Shown: positions 40,401 to 54,499 of the stretch, piece after piece
Position numbering within the stretch: position 1 is the first letter of the stretch
How the letters are laid out: every line of letters starts with the position of its first letter
The notes under the pieces: generated by a model
Told to the model about the DNA's origin: nothing
Database searches by the model: none
What the model saw: only the letters and a program-made list of their open reading frames with translations
Translations under genes and position numbers: made by a program
NCBI GenBank assembly: GCA_964187785.1
Contig: OZ076409.1
Coordinates: forward strand, 24,926,001 to 24,990,000
DNA from: Amphiscolops sp. MND2022
Taxonomy: Eukaryota
DNA: 64,000 bases
Reading direction: 5' to 3'

Positions 40401-41549
40401 AAATAAGGGAATAGCAACGAATGCGTTCCAGATTTCCATTGCAAGAAAAGAATCAATTCTTTCGTTTTACTGATTCTTCTTTCGGCACTGCGAAGTATTC
40501 AATAGACTCTCTTTGTACATGGTTTATTAAATGTCATTGTCCAATCTCTAGCTCATAAATGTTTGTTTCTATTCGATTTTTAGTTAGACCTTGATTCGTG
40601 TTTTGTCTCTCCTATAATACAAAGAAATTGTTAATTTCTCCACTACCACACTACACAATGGACATTTGATATATCGATGCGCTCATGAAAGCAAGATATA
40701 TAAATTTCTCCTCATCCAAAAAAACTTCATAATCCTACTGATGAAGTTACAGAGAGGAGTGGAATCGCGGAATTCAATATCTCTGGACTTTTGAAAATCG
40801 CCATACTCTCAAGTTGAGGGAGTAAATTGAAAACTTTTTTGTAAAATTTCATTTTGTACAGAAAGCACATTAAACACGTGAGAAATATAATGTACACTGA
40901 GAAACAAAATCGAGGTGATCACACGGAACAATGCTTCAAAATATGAAGAAGAATCACATACAAAGTCAATCCAACCCAGAAAAAATCTGGAATTACGTGA
41001 AGAGTGATTTGGAACCAACTGAAACGATACCTGTTCTCAATCTCAGTGACGGAACCTGAGCAACCAACAGATAGTGAAAAATCGGAGGCGCTTCGGGGAA
41101 ACTTCGGCTCTGTCTTCAGAAAAAATTTATATGTATTTTCAGCGAGATGTTTTTCAATTCACGTGTTTTCTCGTTTTTTCTTCATCATTTAATTCAGTTC
41201 ACCAATTAGGGAGTAATTGCAGTATGCTTCGTCATTATTAGGCGTCTTTTTTTCAGTATGAAGTGTTCCATTCCGTCGCAGTTGTCTTTTTGCAGTAGGT
41301 TAAATGGTCAAAATTTTGGTGTCTGAATTCGTTGTATACTTCACAATTCAGAAAACAGTGAGGTTGGTGTTGTCTTAGCATAACCTTTACGGAAAGAGTC
41401 GTTGTCCGAAGCTGTTCATCTACGTCTCCACATGAGTTCGATGAAGACGATTGTAGACTACTCTGTAGAATCTACAATCATTCAGTAGAAATTACAGTAG
41501 AATCTACAAGTCGGGCGAATCTTCTGAGAGGACTATTTAAAAGCAGCAT

Positions 41550-43100
41550 GATTTCAGTACGTTAACTGATTGCCAATTATCACTCCCAATGATAGCTCTT
41601 GATTTGACAAGGATGACCATTTAGTGTGGGGAATTAATGTCACTTGGATCGCTTATGAAAAGCATAACTTCTTTCTTCTCGCCTTCCACTACCATTCTCC
41701 CGATTGAACGCTATCTTTCAACTCCAGCGCAAGACTGATCAAATGTTCTCATCAAATAGTTTGCGGTGTCGCCGGTGACTACAAATGAGCTGTCGTGTTC
41801 GAATTGAATGAGCAGTCTTCCTGCATCAGGAAGTCCTTAGGGAATATGATAAAGAGTAGCGAGGAAAGCACTCCCCTTTGCGGCGATCCCATGTTTACAG
41901 AAGTGTGAAATTTCCAATTTCTTAGTTCAGAAAAGACATCTCGGTTTCTAAAGAAAGTCTCTAACAATCGAATCAGTCTTCCATCAATGTTTTCGTTCCG
42001 TAGTTTGTAAGGAAGTCTGCTTATCCAGACGCTGTCGAATTTTTTTCTAAACCTGTATTAAACAAAGCGGTTGCAAGTTTTAATACTTTAGCTGGTTCGG
42101 ATGAAGCCTGTACAGTGATCGTACAGCGTTTTTGTTCGTTCTTAAGCCTTCTCGTTGTTCACTAATAATGATTCGAAGGTGACGGTATTTATCAATTCTA
42201 TCTGTCGAATTTGTTCATGGAACTTACAAAAGTGACTGCAAATGGACAAAGATTGGTAAAACGAACAGTTGTTTTATCTCTTTTCATTTGTCTCGCGAAT
42301 AATGATAACCCGAGAGTCTTTCCAAGGCCATGACGCAATCTCCAGAAAGTCGTTGAAACATTAGGGAGGCATTACGACAGATTTGATTCCCAAATGTTTG
42401 ATCATTGTCAGGTGTATGTCGTCCGTATCGAAATACATTGCTTCCGGTTGCTTGTTTTCGCTCTTTGGAACAACAAAAAGATCATTTTCGAGTTCATCCC
42501 TGGTTGTCAGGCGCTCTGATTTCATGTCTGACATATTCAAGGACCTCTCATTGAATGACAGTTTAGAGAGATGTTTGTCAGACCAAAAATTTGCTTCAAA
42601 ATGTGTATAAATTTATCATATCGTTTATAAAATATTCTTTTTATGGTTTCTTCCATTTATGGACTTCTTCCTTTTCTAGTTGAGTAAACGTTTACACAAT
42701 TATCCAAAAACACGCACTATGGATATTTTTTTTTGTTTTTGCTTTTAGCTCTCACCAGTTTTTCATTGTTTACGAAGTTTGAACAACATTTGAATTTTCT
42801 AATCAATTTTCTCAGCTCTTCATTGATTTCGTTGTTCTTTAAATTCAGAAGAGTTTGCTGTGTCTCGATATGGTTGTCAAGAGGGTGTATTCCAGTCTCA
42901 ACATAATCTGTCCAAACCATTCAATCTGCCTTCTCCACCAACAACTTCTCTGCTTTTAGTTTTCCAGTGAAAACAGCAAGTTCAACAAAAACTTGTAGAT
43001 GACCTCTATTTGGTGTTCCAGTGAAGAGATCAGGTCAACTTGTTCATCTCTTGACACGTTATTATCGTAGTGACTGACAATTCGTCCGTAGATGAGGTCC
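41550..43100 (-). mobile_element. Degraded LINE RT fragment; boundaries approximate
   Basis: GSPQRGVLSSLLFIIF (PQG motif), DSVWI..LPYKL, broken frames. Confidence 0.55.
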
Positions 43101-44411
43101 GTTAATTACAATTCAAGCATTTGTTCAGATGAAAGTTGATTCACCGCTGTGTAAAATGCTGAAGGTATACAGAATTCCAACAATCTCTTCTCTTAAACGG
43201 TTACTTTTAAAGACAAACCCCATATTGAATAAGAGCTTTACCAAGACGATGCAACACTTCATCAGTCAGTTCCTTACAGTTTTCCGAAACCTTCATTATG
43301 TTCTTTACTCCATTTAAGTATTATTATTATTTTCCGCTCACAAAAGGGGGGGAGGGACAATCATGATTTGTCTTGCAAATTTCCAAATTCTGCTATAACT
43401 TCACAACTCCACTCTTCACTTCATTCTTCTGTAATTTCATTTCACTTAATTACATGACTATTTTTTAGTTACTTGACCATTTTACAAAATATTCAAATAA
43501 CTGAAACAGCATAGAGGGAGGAATATTACGAAAAGTCAAAAATGGGAATAAGATCTAAATGGAATAAGATATAAAAATTCAGACGGTAATAATATTCAAA
43601 GGGAATAAAAAAACTAGATCAATATGATTTGGAAAAATCATTAGAAATTAAAATTCATTAAATTTTAGATCTTATACTTTGAATTCTATTACCCCCTTCC
43701 AAAATAGCTACGGCTCAGTTGGTCAAAGCGAAGAAAGCGGAAATTATACCGGTGTTAGCGGGCGTCTTGTTGTACATAGGCTGTTGGGATGACTGACTTT
43801 AAAACATTAGACATTAGAACACTGTTGCCAACACTATGTTGACTACTGAAGTCTCATGTACTTCTCACAGTCTGGCGTACTGATTTTTTTCTTCGAGTAA
43901 TGGTATATCTTTCACTTCTAGGGCTCCACAGGAGCCATGCAAACACCATTCGCGTCCATTGAAGCATTTGGAGACTTTTCAGTATCCTCGTTTTGTTTCT
44001 TGCAATGATGGCAGCCACCTTTCGAAATAGACTGGTTTCGAGGATCAGGCCCCAGGAGTTTGGGTGAATGTTCCAATCAGGCCTCCAAACCAACAAAAAT
44101 TTAAAGTCTCAAAAGAAACAATATATCGAACTGTTAAATTTGATGACCAAGGAAACGATTTTTGCAGAAAAGACGGCGGCTTCTTCTGGAAAAAGCGTCG
44201 AAAACTTTTTAGGTTAGACTTTATTCGCGTTCCATCGTTAGATTTAGAGTAACCCACAGACGTGTTCTCGTCGTGGGCTTATCTACAACTACTTTATAAG
44301 GACTTTTACATCATGACCGTTGTTATCCTATACTGAAAAATGAAGAAAGCCAGGCTCATTCCAACGACAAGCCTGCTGCAAATAGCTTAGACGTTAAACG
44401 AAAAAACTAAG

Positions 44412-47400
44412 GTGCCAGAGGGCAACAAAGGAGCATTTACGGTAAACGCAGGAATAAATAATGAGGACCAGCTTTCTGAAAGTGAATCTGTACTTGCCAA
44501 CATGGAAAGGAGAGCACTCGATAATCATCGTTGGAATTTGGAAATTCACCTTCAAACTGAAGATGACGCTAAATTTTCTGCCGAGGTAGATAGTGCTACC
44601 GAGTTTGACATACATAGTGGCGTTTCAAAAGCTGGATTAACCGCCTTAATCAAAAATTACAAAATGAGTGATCTTACCACTTTGCGAACAATTTCTTCAG
44701 CGAGGAGTGCCGGGTGCACACACCGCGTGCCAGACTTGAATCTGCCAACTTTCAGTGGTTCTTACATTGAATGGATGTGATTCTTTGATCTTTTCAATGC
44801 GGCAATAAATTCTAATACACATACGAGTGACTCTGAAAAACTCAATTATCTGCGCGCATGCTTGAAAAGCGATGCTGCCGAATTGTATTGCTCGGTTTCA
44901 ATAACTCATGTCAAGTACTCTATTGCTATGGGCTTACTGACCGTATGATAGGCCAACAAACGGAGCATCGGACGCGATCATTTTCAATCTACCTTGTCTC
45001 AACCCTCAAAAAATTTCAACGAAATAGTGGCCTCAGAAAAATGTTGGAAGTCACGAATGAGCATCTTTGATGCTTGGAAGAACTCGGGCAACCCACTGAT
45101 CAATGGGAGTCGCTCCTCGTGATTTGCCTGTTGGGGAAATAGGATCCTGAGTCTCGCAAGCAAGTGCACGCCAGGAATTGCACTTCTAACCTGGTATCAA
45201 ATAGCACAATTTCTTATCACAAGAAGTCGAGCACTAGAATCGAGTAATTCAAAGCCTGTCGCCCAAAAAGCAAGCAATCAGAAAGCACGCGAGAGGCAAT
45301 GACTGGTTTATGTAGCGTCAGATTCATGCATAAACTGATGCAATAAAGAACACAAGTTACACGGGTGTCTGAAATTCAACTATCAATACCGCAACGCTTC
45401 AGTTTTGTGATACCCAAGCGTGGATGCTATAACTGTCTTACCCTTTGTCACTTTGTCAGTAAACGTACCTCTGAGTTTTTATGTAAAGATTGCATCATCC
45501 CTTGTTGCTCCGCCTCTCTCAAGTGAAAACTACTTGCGTCGAAGTTGAAGACACGCCTCAAGCAGCTCTTGCCAGCTTCTTTGTAGAATCAGTTTCAAAT
45601 AATCAATAAGGAGCTGTCAGTCTAAAGAAAACTGTTTTTTATCAAGAGCAGATGTAATAGTTTAGGACGCCGATGGCATTCCGGTGACACTCCGAGGCGT
45701 GGTTGACTCTGGATCACAACTTAGATTTATTAGTGAAAGTCTAGTTAGTGCATTGAAATTGAAAACTAATGGAAGCTCAATCATTATCACACCGTTTGGA
45801 TTATAATCTTCGGAAAAAACGGAGGGAGCTTTGTCAACCGTCCTCATTGATGCAGTACATGTCAATCTTCACGTTTTTCCCAATTTTTGAATCTTGTTCC
45901 TCCTCAGAATATGAAGATCCCTACGCTGGAAAGCATTAAAAATCTCATACTGGCTGATCCAAACTTCTGCTCCCCAAGACTAAGTGATATTTTGCTCTGA
46001 GCAGATGTTTTCGAAGATGTGATGAAAGAAGGAAAACTCAAAAAGAACGGGCTACACATCCGAACTTCAATTTCTGGTTCAATCGTCTTCGGACCTGTTA
46101 AACAAAGTAATGAAAGCATTACAAGTAATATGGTTCATGTTATCGAAGTCGATATTACCCAGTTTTGGGAAATTGAAAACGTACTGAGAAAAAACACTCG
46201 ACCAAGTCAGAACGTGGATGTGCTGAACGTTTGGATCGGACAACGAAGCTGACCGATGACGGAAGATTCGCTGTTGAGATGCCATGGAAATCTTGTGGAC
46301 CTATATTGAGGTTGAGCAACGCTATCGCGAAGCGCTGATTTCTTAATTTTCATCTCGAGAAAAAAATAATTAATAATTTTTTCTAAAGAAACGATACTCT
46401 GCGTTTATCTAAAAATTTATTGATCTTGTGCACTTAGAAAAGGTACCGAACGATCAATCAGATAATCCGAAAAACTTTTATTAGCCGCATCATTAAATGA
46501 CAAAGAAGACAGTTCTACAACAAAATTTCGCGTTGTCTTTGAAGCCAGTGCAAAAACTACCACAGGCTATTCGCTCATCAATGATTGTTTGTTAGTGGGA
46601 CCGAAATGACAAGACGATTTGTTCAACATTTTATTCGAGTTTCGCATGTTTAGGAATAAATGTAAGCAGATTTGGCGAAAATGTATTGCCAGGTTGAACC
46701 TTCTCTTGAAGATAGCAATTTGCACAGAATTCAATCGAGAAAAGAACCGAATGAACCAAATTTGCCGTATCGAATGACTCGTGTAACCTCTGGTGTTGCA
46801 AGTTCTTCCTTTCATGGAATCAGATGACTCCTAGACTGTGCCAAGCTTCGGAACACACCTCAAATTGGGAAGGAAGCCTTTGAACGCGAGTTCTATGTTG
46901 ATGATATTTCAAACTATTTCAAAAAATTTGAAGCAAGCTAAACTTATGCAGACCGGTCTCATCGAGATCCTAATACAAAGACAAGTGGACCTTCGTCAAC
47001 AGACATAGTGGAAATGTCAATGCAAGAATGTCAGACCAACTCAAAGTCACCACCTCAGTATCGCGAGGCAAACGAAAACTTCCATTTCCTGATTGAGACC
47101 CACACTATCAAGACACTTGGCCTTGTTTGGAGTCCCATTCAAGTCACCGTCAAACCGTTGAAGCTGGATTCAATCAAAAGGCTCAACAGACGACGAATCC
47201 TGATTTGTTTTGCTATTTTTGACTTCTTGGTGGCTTTGGCCAGTCAACTTGCAAATGAAACAAGAATTTTGGAAAAAGCAAAAACTGACTGGGATGCTAC
47301 CCTTCCTTCTGAGATTTCGAAACCTTATAGCCGATAGAGGTCAAAGCACTGAAGCTTCTGAATGAAATAGCTTTTGATCGATTATTTAAAACGAGCACAT

Positions 47401-48708
47401 CGACGAAAAGATTCTACTCTCTTTAGCGACGCAGATGGTAACAATAAATCCAGCCTACGGACTCGTAAGTCAAAAGTTTCCCGTTGGGAACTCAACCCAT
47501 TCCTCGACTCGAATTGTGCGCTGCGCTAATTGGGGTGAATCTTTTGGATGCTCTAGTCAAACGTCTCTCAAAGCTGAAAATGAGAATTCAGTCAAACCAC
47601 GCATGACCAGACTCCACAATTGTTTTGACTTGAATTCTGAAGGAGTCTTGTCTAGGGTCAACCCTCGTGGCAAGTTGATTTTCTAAAATTCAGAAACAAT
47701 CGGAATCTACTTGGTGGCATGTGCTAAGTGAAGATAACGCATCTGACGCTGCATCCGGAGGAATTGTTCATTTCATCATGCGCTGGACGATCACTCGTTT
47801 CGGTGGTCTGGTCCCTAGTGGTTGGTCATCAACAAGTCTCCAAAGAGCGACAGTTTTCCGAGACAAAAAAAGTGAAACGCAAAGATCATAAGGAATCGCA
47901 GAACAAATGGCTCTAATTGTGACAGTGTCAAAGAGGACAAATATACTCTTTGATATGAAGGCACAAAATTCCTTTGAAAAACCGCTGAGAATTGTTGCAA
48001 CTGATGAACGAGCACTTTTCCAGTTCAAAGGAGATGTTTAAATAATTCCAACCTATATTACATCTGATGAAAAGACTGAAGCTTTGTGCATTCTACTACG
48101 ACAGGAACAAGGCTTGTTCTTCAAGTATGAGGTAGCGACGTCGTAGACCAAATGTCAAGTAGACAAAACTAGTAGTATTTCAAAGCTCTACCCATTTCTT
48201 CACGAACATGTTTTGTCTGTGGGTGGACGCCTTATGCTTGCAAATTTGCCAGACGAGGCAAGGTATAAAAGTATTTTCCCTCCTGAGAGTCAAATTGTTC
48301 GATTGATGGTCGATAAGGCCAATGAAAGGACCCTGTATGGTGGCATCAAGCAAAATGTGACACAAATCCGAACACTTGTTTGGATTCCAGTCAGTCATAG
48401 TAAAAGAAAAAAGTTTATTCTCAATTGCGTGAAGTGTAGTTGCTCCAAAACAAAAACAACTATGCCCTTAAGGGGTTACCTTCTTAAATCTCGAGTAGAC
48501 ATGCCCACAAAAGCAATTCGAGAGAATGAGAGAATTTTTTGAAAGTGGTTTAGCCTTTGTACGTCCTTTCGCTGGTTCGGGAACTTATAAGAAAATAATA
48601 AACGCATACATCATCTCGTCTGTTTCGCTAGTCGCTCACTGCACTTGTAGCAGTTTCTGAAATAACAACATAAGCTTGCATTGTTCTCCTACGTCGATTC
48701 TCTGCCGG
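44412..48708 (+). mobile_element. Degraded BEL/Pao LTR retrotransposon (gag-PR-RT-RH-IN), cut within integrase
   Basis: LPTFSGSYIEW.., SEKLNYL; VDSGSQ protease; PHH...KEDSSTTKFRVVFEASAK, NDCLLVGP, FYVDD; VGGRL, GG..Q..R..WIP..CVKC; LRRF at 48700. Confidence 0.88.
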
Positions 48709-51700
48709 GCAACATCTTTTCCGAACAGAGGCCACCAAGACATTAGGTTCACCATGTTCTTAGTCACCTGGACACCAGGGTGCGTGTCATGGGCTCGTTC
48801 AACTACGTTGTTTTGCATTCTTGGTGGAATGTAAGGTCTAGTTCCGTTGTACAGCAGCCCGTTCTCGACTATGAGCAAACCAGATACTTTCTTGAAAATA
48901 CTCTCTACTTGAGTACATGCTTTCCAGGCGCCATCAATTACCTGCCTGATAATTCGCTTCGCCAATTCATCGCGTTCACATTCACTTCTCAACTCTTTGA
49001 ATGGAATGAGTTTATGCTCGGCATAATGAACACAGAATTCATCAAGATTGGAACTTGAGTAGTCGACTAGATTGCACTCGTCGTCATCCTTATCGAAATT
49101 CAGCCTACTCATGGCGTCAGCATGAGGAATCGAGGAAGCTTCTTTGTATTTATTCTCATAATCAAAGGCCATAAGCGAAATTGCCCATCTTGTGATTCTT
49201 GCTGATACGGTTTTTGGGAGTTCCTTGTTTGGAGCAAATATGAATTCCAGGGGACGATGATCAGTTTCGAGGTTGAATTTCCGGCCAAGTAAAAACTGCT
49301 TCAAGCGTTTTACCACAAAAACAATCGCAAGGGCTTCTCGCTCAATGTGAGAGTACCTTTGCTCAGCTTGAGACACTGTCTTCGTTACATAAATTACAGG
49401 GTGCCCCTCTTGAGATAAGACTCCGCCTATAGCTTTCTCAGACGCATCAGTCGTGATCGTTACTTCCTTTTTCAGAGAATAGGGCTGAACGACAGGTTTC
49501 GATGCTAGCTCAGATTTCAGCCTTTCGAATGCACGTTGACATTTGTCGGTCCACTGGAACTCAGCCTCCGACTTCTTCCTCAGATCAGATATTGGGGCAT
49601 TTTTCGACGTGAAGTTTGAGATGAACCGGCCGTAGAAGTTGACCAAACCACAAAATTGTTCGACTTCCTTAACACTTTGAGGAGGATGGATTTTCCTGAC
49701 TTTATTGACAAGGCGATCATCGGGCTCAATCCCGCTTCCTGAAATTGTAAAATCGAGAAAAGTGATTTTCTCCATGAATTTCCAGACTTGATTCCGTTTA
49801 TGGTGAACCCCTTGTCTTTCAGGCGATCCTGAACTGCCCTCCAACGCTTCTCACAGTGACTTTTTGTTCTTCCGTGTACCAGTACGTCGTCCTGGAAACA
49901 GATAGTTCCAGCCAATCCTTTGAGAGTGTTCTCGATTGTTCGCTGGAACATTCCGGATGCATTTTTCATTCCTTGAGGTAGTCTGAGTAACTTTTAGAGA
50001 CCCAGCGTTTTGTTGATGACACAAATTTCCTGCGCTGCATCATCCAGCATTACTTGGTAATAAGCAGATGATAAGTCAATCTTGACGTAAAACTTTGATC
50101 CTTCTAGCTCGTGAAATAATGTTTCCATGTCGGGAAGGGGGTAGTCTTCAGTCATTATCTTATCGTTCACATGAACTTTGAAGTCTGCACAAAGCCGAAA
50201 ACATCCGTCTTTCTTCCTTTGCCACACGACTGGCGAGGTGGTATTCATGACACCTCCTGGATCGACTGGGGCAATGATTCCTTGTGCCTGAAGTTTCGCC
50301 AATTCAATCTTGACCTGGTCTTCCATGGCAAGTGGAACTTTTCGAGCGCGACAGAAAACAGGTTTTGCGTCAGGCTTCAGTTTGATAGTGGCTTTAACTC
50401 CTTTAATTGCAGGCAAGACTTTTACATCAGACAGAGACGCGTTGTGAATGTGATCAACTCGGGTCACGTCTCTGCCGATCAATCCGAATTCTTTCTCGGA
50501 CTCGATAACTGCAACGTCCACGCTATGAATTTTCTTTTCCCAAGGCATCTCACACTTTAGATGACCAAGATAAAGCATTCTGTGTCCATCATATGCTTCA
50601 ATCCATCAGGGGCTAGTGCTCAAGGTAGGAGAACCAATTTACCTCCAAATTTTTGTTGAAATAATGGTCACTGAAGATCCAGTGTCGTTCTGCATTCGAA
50701 CGTCATGACCATTTATCTTGATGCTATGAAATTCAGCTTTGCTTCCGATGTGATTAACTTCTTCTACAGCTGCGACTTGTTCTGCATAATACATGGTTTC
50801 CTCAGACGAGGCGAAATTTTCGAATTCTTGTTCTTCACAGGTATGGTACACTGATGCACTTGATTTTCGATGGGTTTTCCCCTCAGTTCGCGAGGCTTCT
50901 TGTCTTTTAGCTTTGCACATTCTAGAATAGTGTCCTTGCTTCGAACAATTGTGGCACTTTTCTTCCTTGGCAGGGCACTCATGAAGTAAATGGAATAGCT
51001 TTCGTCCACATCGTCCACAATGCTCTGGCTTCTGACGGCGTCTCAGATCTTTTTTATTATTGGGGCCACGTTTCTCCGCATATGCGACTACACTTGAAGT
51101 TGACTGATGAACTGAGCTTTAAGAAATCTCTTGGCCTGGGTTCTGTATTGAATAAGCTGAAGCAGTTCTTCCACAGTCAAGTTGTCGTTTGCTCTGAGTG
51201 CTTCAAGCAACTTGAGCTATGATTCGCTGTCTCGTAGTCCGGCGATGAATTGTAATCGGATCATTTCAGCTTCAGGATCCGGAGAAGCTTTGAGATCGAC
51301 AAACTTACAATAACGCGCAGCCTCTCGGAGCCTAGCAAGGTAGTCGCTTTCTGCTTCTTCTCCCCCTTGAGCCATCTGAAGGAAACCAGTGCGTTCTGCA
51401 ACCACCAGTCTCTCTTGTGGCTTCAAGTAATTTATGAGATCCTTACGAATGTCAATGAATTTCATGTCTTCAATGTTTCTGGGCGCGACGAGGCTACTGA
51501 GCTTTACCAACGCTTTGAGGCCGCATTGGCTCATGAAGAAATCAGTCACCTGATAATCTTTTGCTATGGCAGCAACAGCTGGCGGTCCACTAGTTCCAGG
51601 TGTTGCGTCGATGTCCGTTTTTTTTTTCAACACGCGCTCGCGCCTCGAACGCCTTGAGCCACATAAGTGCTTGATCGGGTTCCTTGAGGTTCAATTCCGG

Positions 51701-51709
51701 TTTACCCAT
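48709..51709 (-). mobile_element. Gypsy/Ty3 (Mag-like) retrotransposon gag-pol, frameshifted, cut at start of integrase
   Basis: ATG 51709; two Cys knuckles (CGRCG..H, CHNCSKQGH...C); DTGS protease; RLCADFK, YPLP, IDLSSAYYQ, FQDD; RNase H TDAS, EREALA, TDHRPL, ADAMSRL; H..HPG..WWP. Confidence 0.92.
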
Positions 51710-51764
51710 TGATTTTGGTAATGACTTGAAAAAAAACACGATTCGACAATTTGAGTTTTAATGG

Positions 51765-52147
51765 CTAAGAATTACTAAGGGGGCTTCGAGTCCAAGACTC
51801 TAAAAGCTCATCTTTAATTCGAAAAGCTATAAAGAGGTAACAACAGCGGCTCTGAGTCGGAGACTCTAAAAGCTCTCCTTTAGTTGTCTTTTTTTTTCTC
51901 TTAGCCTCTCTTCGTTGCTCGTGAGTTCTTCGCTTGGTGCCTCTTGTATTCAAGATCTTCCGCAGGTTCGGACAATAATGTAAAACTACACCTAGGGATC
52001 TGAGTTCGAGATCGCTGGATTGATGTAAGGCTTTGTACTTCTCGACGAGTACTTCACTGCGCTGCTCTAACTTGCTCAAAATATATGTCGTGACTTGGAT
52101 GATTGGGCAGTCCAATGTTCTCAGGTCTTCAAAAATATTCGGGGACC
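51765..52147 (-). CDS. Putative 3' half of split SGNH-like ORF
   Basis: CAG acceptor at 52150-52148 then SPNIFEDLRTLDCPIIQV...ALHQSSDLEL..., basic tail; phase-compatible with the 61504 donor. Confidence 0.4.
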
Positions 52148-52600
52148 CTGTACTTTGGGGAGTGTACGCCTTTGATCTAATTCATTAGGTCTAATGGAAT
52201 TAGATTTAACATTCAGATCTAATTTAGGTCTAACTTTAGATCTAATTTTATCTAAAATACTTAGTCTAACCCCTTTATGATCTAATATGTGTTCTGAAAG
52301 CGAAAATATAATGTGGGGCATGTGCGATGTATGCACGCTCGCCCTCACCGTCGCAAAGACCAGCTCCCACTACGATCGCTTCGCCATCTCCGTTCCCGCT
52401 AGGTCTTTGCTCCTGTTCGACCTCGCTTAGCAAGATGGGAATTTAGGCGGCCCCAAGGGGCCGCGGGGTACTAGAGGAAATGGGGACAAATCCGAGGCAC
52501 GTTTTATACTTATATCACTTTTTAGTTTTAGATCCTCATTGACTTATTATTTTTCTCAAATTAGATCAAATTAGAAGTTGATTTTTAGACCTGATTATTT

Positions 52601-53371
52601 TGTAATGGCACCCTCTGAGACAGCAAAATCAGTCGATATTGGAATTTTGGAATTGTGACATGTTCAGAAATTTTGTCAAAAATTCTAATTCGATGTTTGA
52701 CGTGGCACTGAGCATGTGATTGCTCTTTTCGCTGTTTCCACGAAATTGGCAAGTACTTCGACAACAAAGAGCAAGATCGAGAAAAAACATAAGGCCAGCC
52801 GCCCGAACAGACGCCAGAGACTAAAAAAACTTCTGAAATTAGACTCTTTTGAAGGTGCTAACCTTGATTTCAGCAGTATGCTACCTTAAGTAGCGAAAAC
52901 TGTAAAAATGAGTCTTTTCGTCTAATTCTCAAATCTGTGCCTGTGGTGCCCCAGCTTGCGAGCTGAATGTGGATGTTGCCAAATCGCTGTTGTGGATGAG
53001 ATTGCTGCACATTGTTGTAAGTTTATGGCTATTTTGACAATTTTAGATCTTATTTCGTAATTTTAGATACTGCCCAAGTCACCCTGAATGACGAAAATTT
53101 AACATAATTTCCTTTTGGAACGTTTTTAAAGGCTGTCTAAGTGTTGGTTTCGAAGAAAAAGCGTAATGCGCACTACTGATAGCAATTACCGACTGGATCA
53201 GGCCGGCGAGCACTTCACAAGAAGCGGAATCCTCCTCTGACGGGACAGTTTTTACCCGAAAGAGGCAAAATGAGCTCATGGTCATGGGCGCCTGTCCCGG
53301 GCAAATACCCATATCATGTGTTCCTCTAACTCTTATGGTTACGGCGACAATGGTGAGAGCTTGTCGTTACA
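52601..53371 (+). repeat. 5' LTR
   Basis: Matches 60654-61424; one mismatch noticed (53190 C vs 61243 A). Confidence 0.93.
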
Positions 53372-53387
53372 TAGAGACATCATTTTT

Positions 53388-53405
53388 TGGCGACCACAGA
53401 GGGAT
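53388..53405 (+). promoter_or_regulatory. Primer-binding site, probably tRNA-Arg type
   Basis: TGGCGACCACAGAGGGAT, 16 nt after the LTR; TGG start is complementary to tRNA CCA. Confidence 0.6.
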
Positions 53406-54499
53406 CGCTTCGAAGTGCTTCCCTTAATGGTTTTAAAAGAGCCGACCCTCTGGTGATTGACGCCAAGTACGACCTGGCTCTGGTTGGAGAAGTTTACGCA
53501 GAGTTTTCCTTCATTTTTTAAAGTTTGATGTATTGACAGGTTTACTGTGGCAGGTTTTCTGTCCGTTTTTCAGGTGACTTTCCCAAGTACCGATGGTTTA
53601 TTAGTAAACGGTATTTGTTGACAGGTATCGTCTAAAATTGCAAGGTTCCCATCAGCGGGTCCTCTTTTTAGAAGCGTAGTGGACAGTAGCGCGTCGCTAC
53701 TGGTGTTTAACAGGTTTTTCTAGCTGTTTTCAGTGACTTGCGCTTATGTACGAGAGGTGAAATTGATGGTTGAACCATGTTCCATCCGATTGATAGATGA
53801 GCTGAAACTAGTGTTCCCGACTCTCCTTTCCCATTTCTCGTGGAGACGTCTTAGAGGGATGGTTTTTGGTGAAAAGGTAGAACAAGTGCTGACGTTGCCG
53901 ACGGTCTAAACCGTTTCTCTCTAGCTGGTCTGGGTGTTGAGAAAAAAGACGGCGAAGGTACCACCCCTCATTCCAGAAGTATCAATTTTTCGGAGTATGG
54001 TATGAAAAAATTTTTCGATTGTGTAATTTTTGAAGGGGAATCGTTTGCTCATGCTAGTTTTTCCTTGTTGCAACTTAGTGTGTGCTTTTGCAGCCGTTTT
54101 CAGTGAGAAAAGTCCAATTTTGGGTGCAAAAGTAGCAAAAACGTCAATTTTGGCATTTTTGAGTGTTTTTCTTAGTACGAGCGCGAGCGCTCGAGGTATT
54201 AGTCACAACAGTTGCAAAAATGTATGGGAAGTCGCCCAAGACCTCTAGGGTACTGCTACATGATGTATTGTCCGCCAGAAAAGGCGTTGGAGTCCCTTTT
54301 TGGACGCATTTTGTATGAAACAACTCGATTTTTGGCGAAATTGGCAAAAAACCACTATCAAATGCTACCTGAAGAATGCTGGATAGCACTGCAATCGCCT
54401 CTTCTGTGCTGCTAAAAGCTTGGGGCACCTTTCACGGCACAGAAATTAACGTTTGAGTAGATTTTTTACGTTTTCATAACAAAAAAAAATTGAAAAACC

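Noticed and set aside
43704..43760. tRNA-like A-box GGCTCAGTTGGTCAAAGCG
   Set aside because: No B-box or cloverleaf follows; at most a SINE relic.
48780..51657. Plus-strand ORFs over the Gypsy region
   Set aside because: Antisense shadows of gag-pol.
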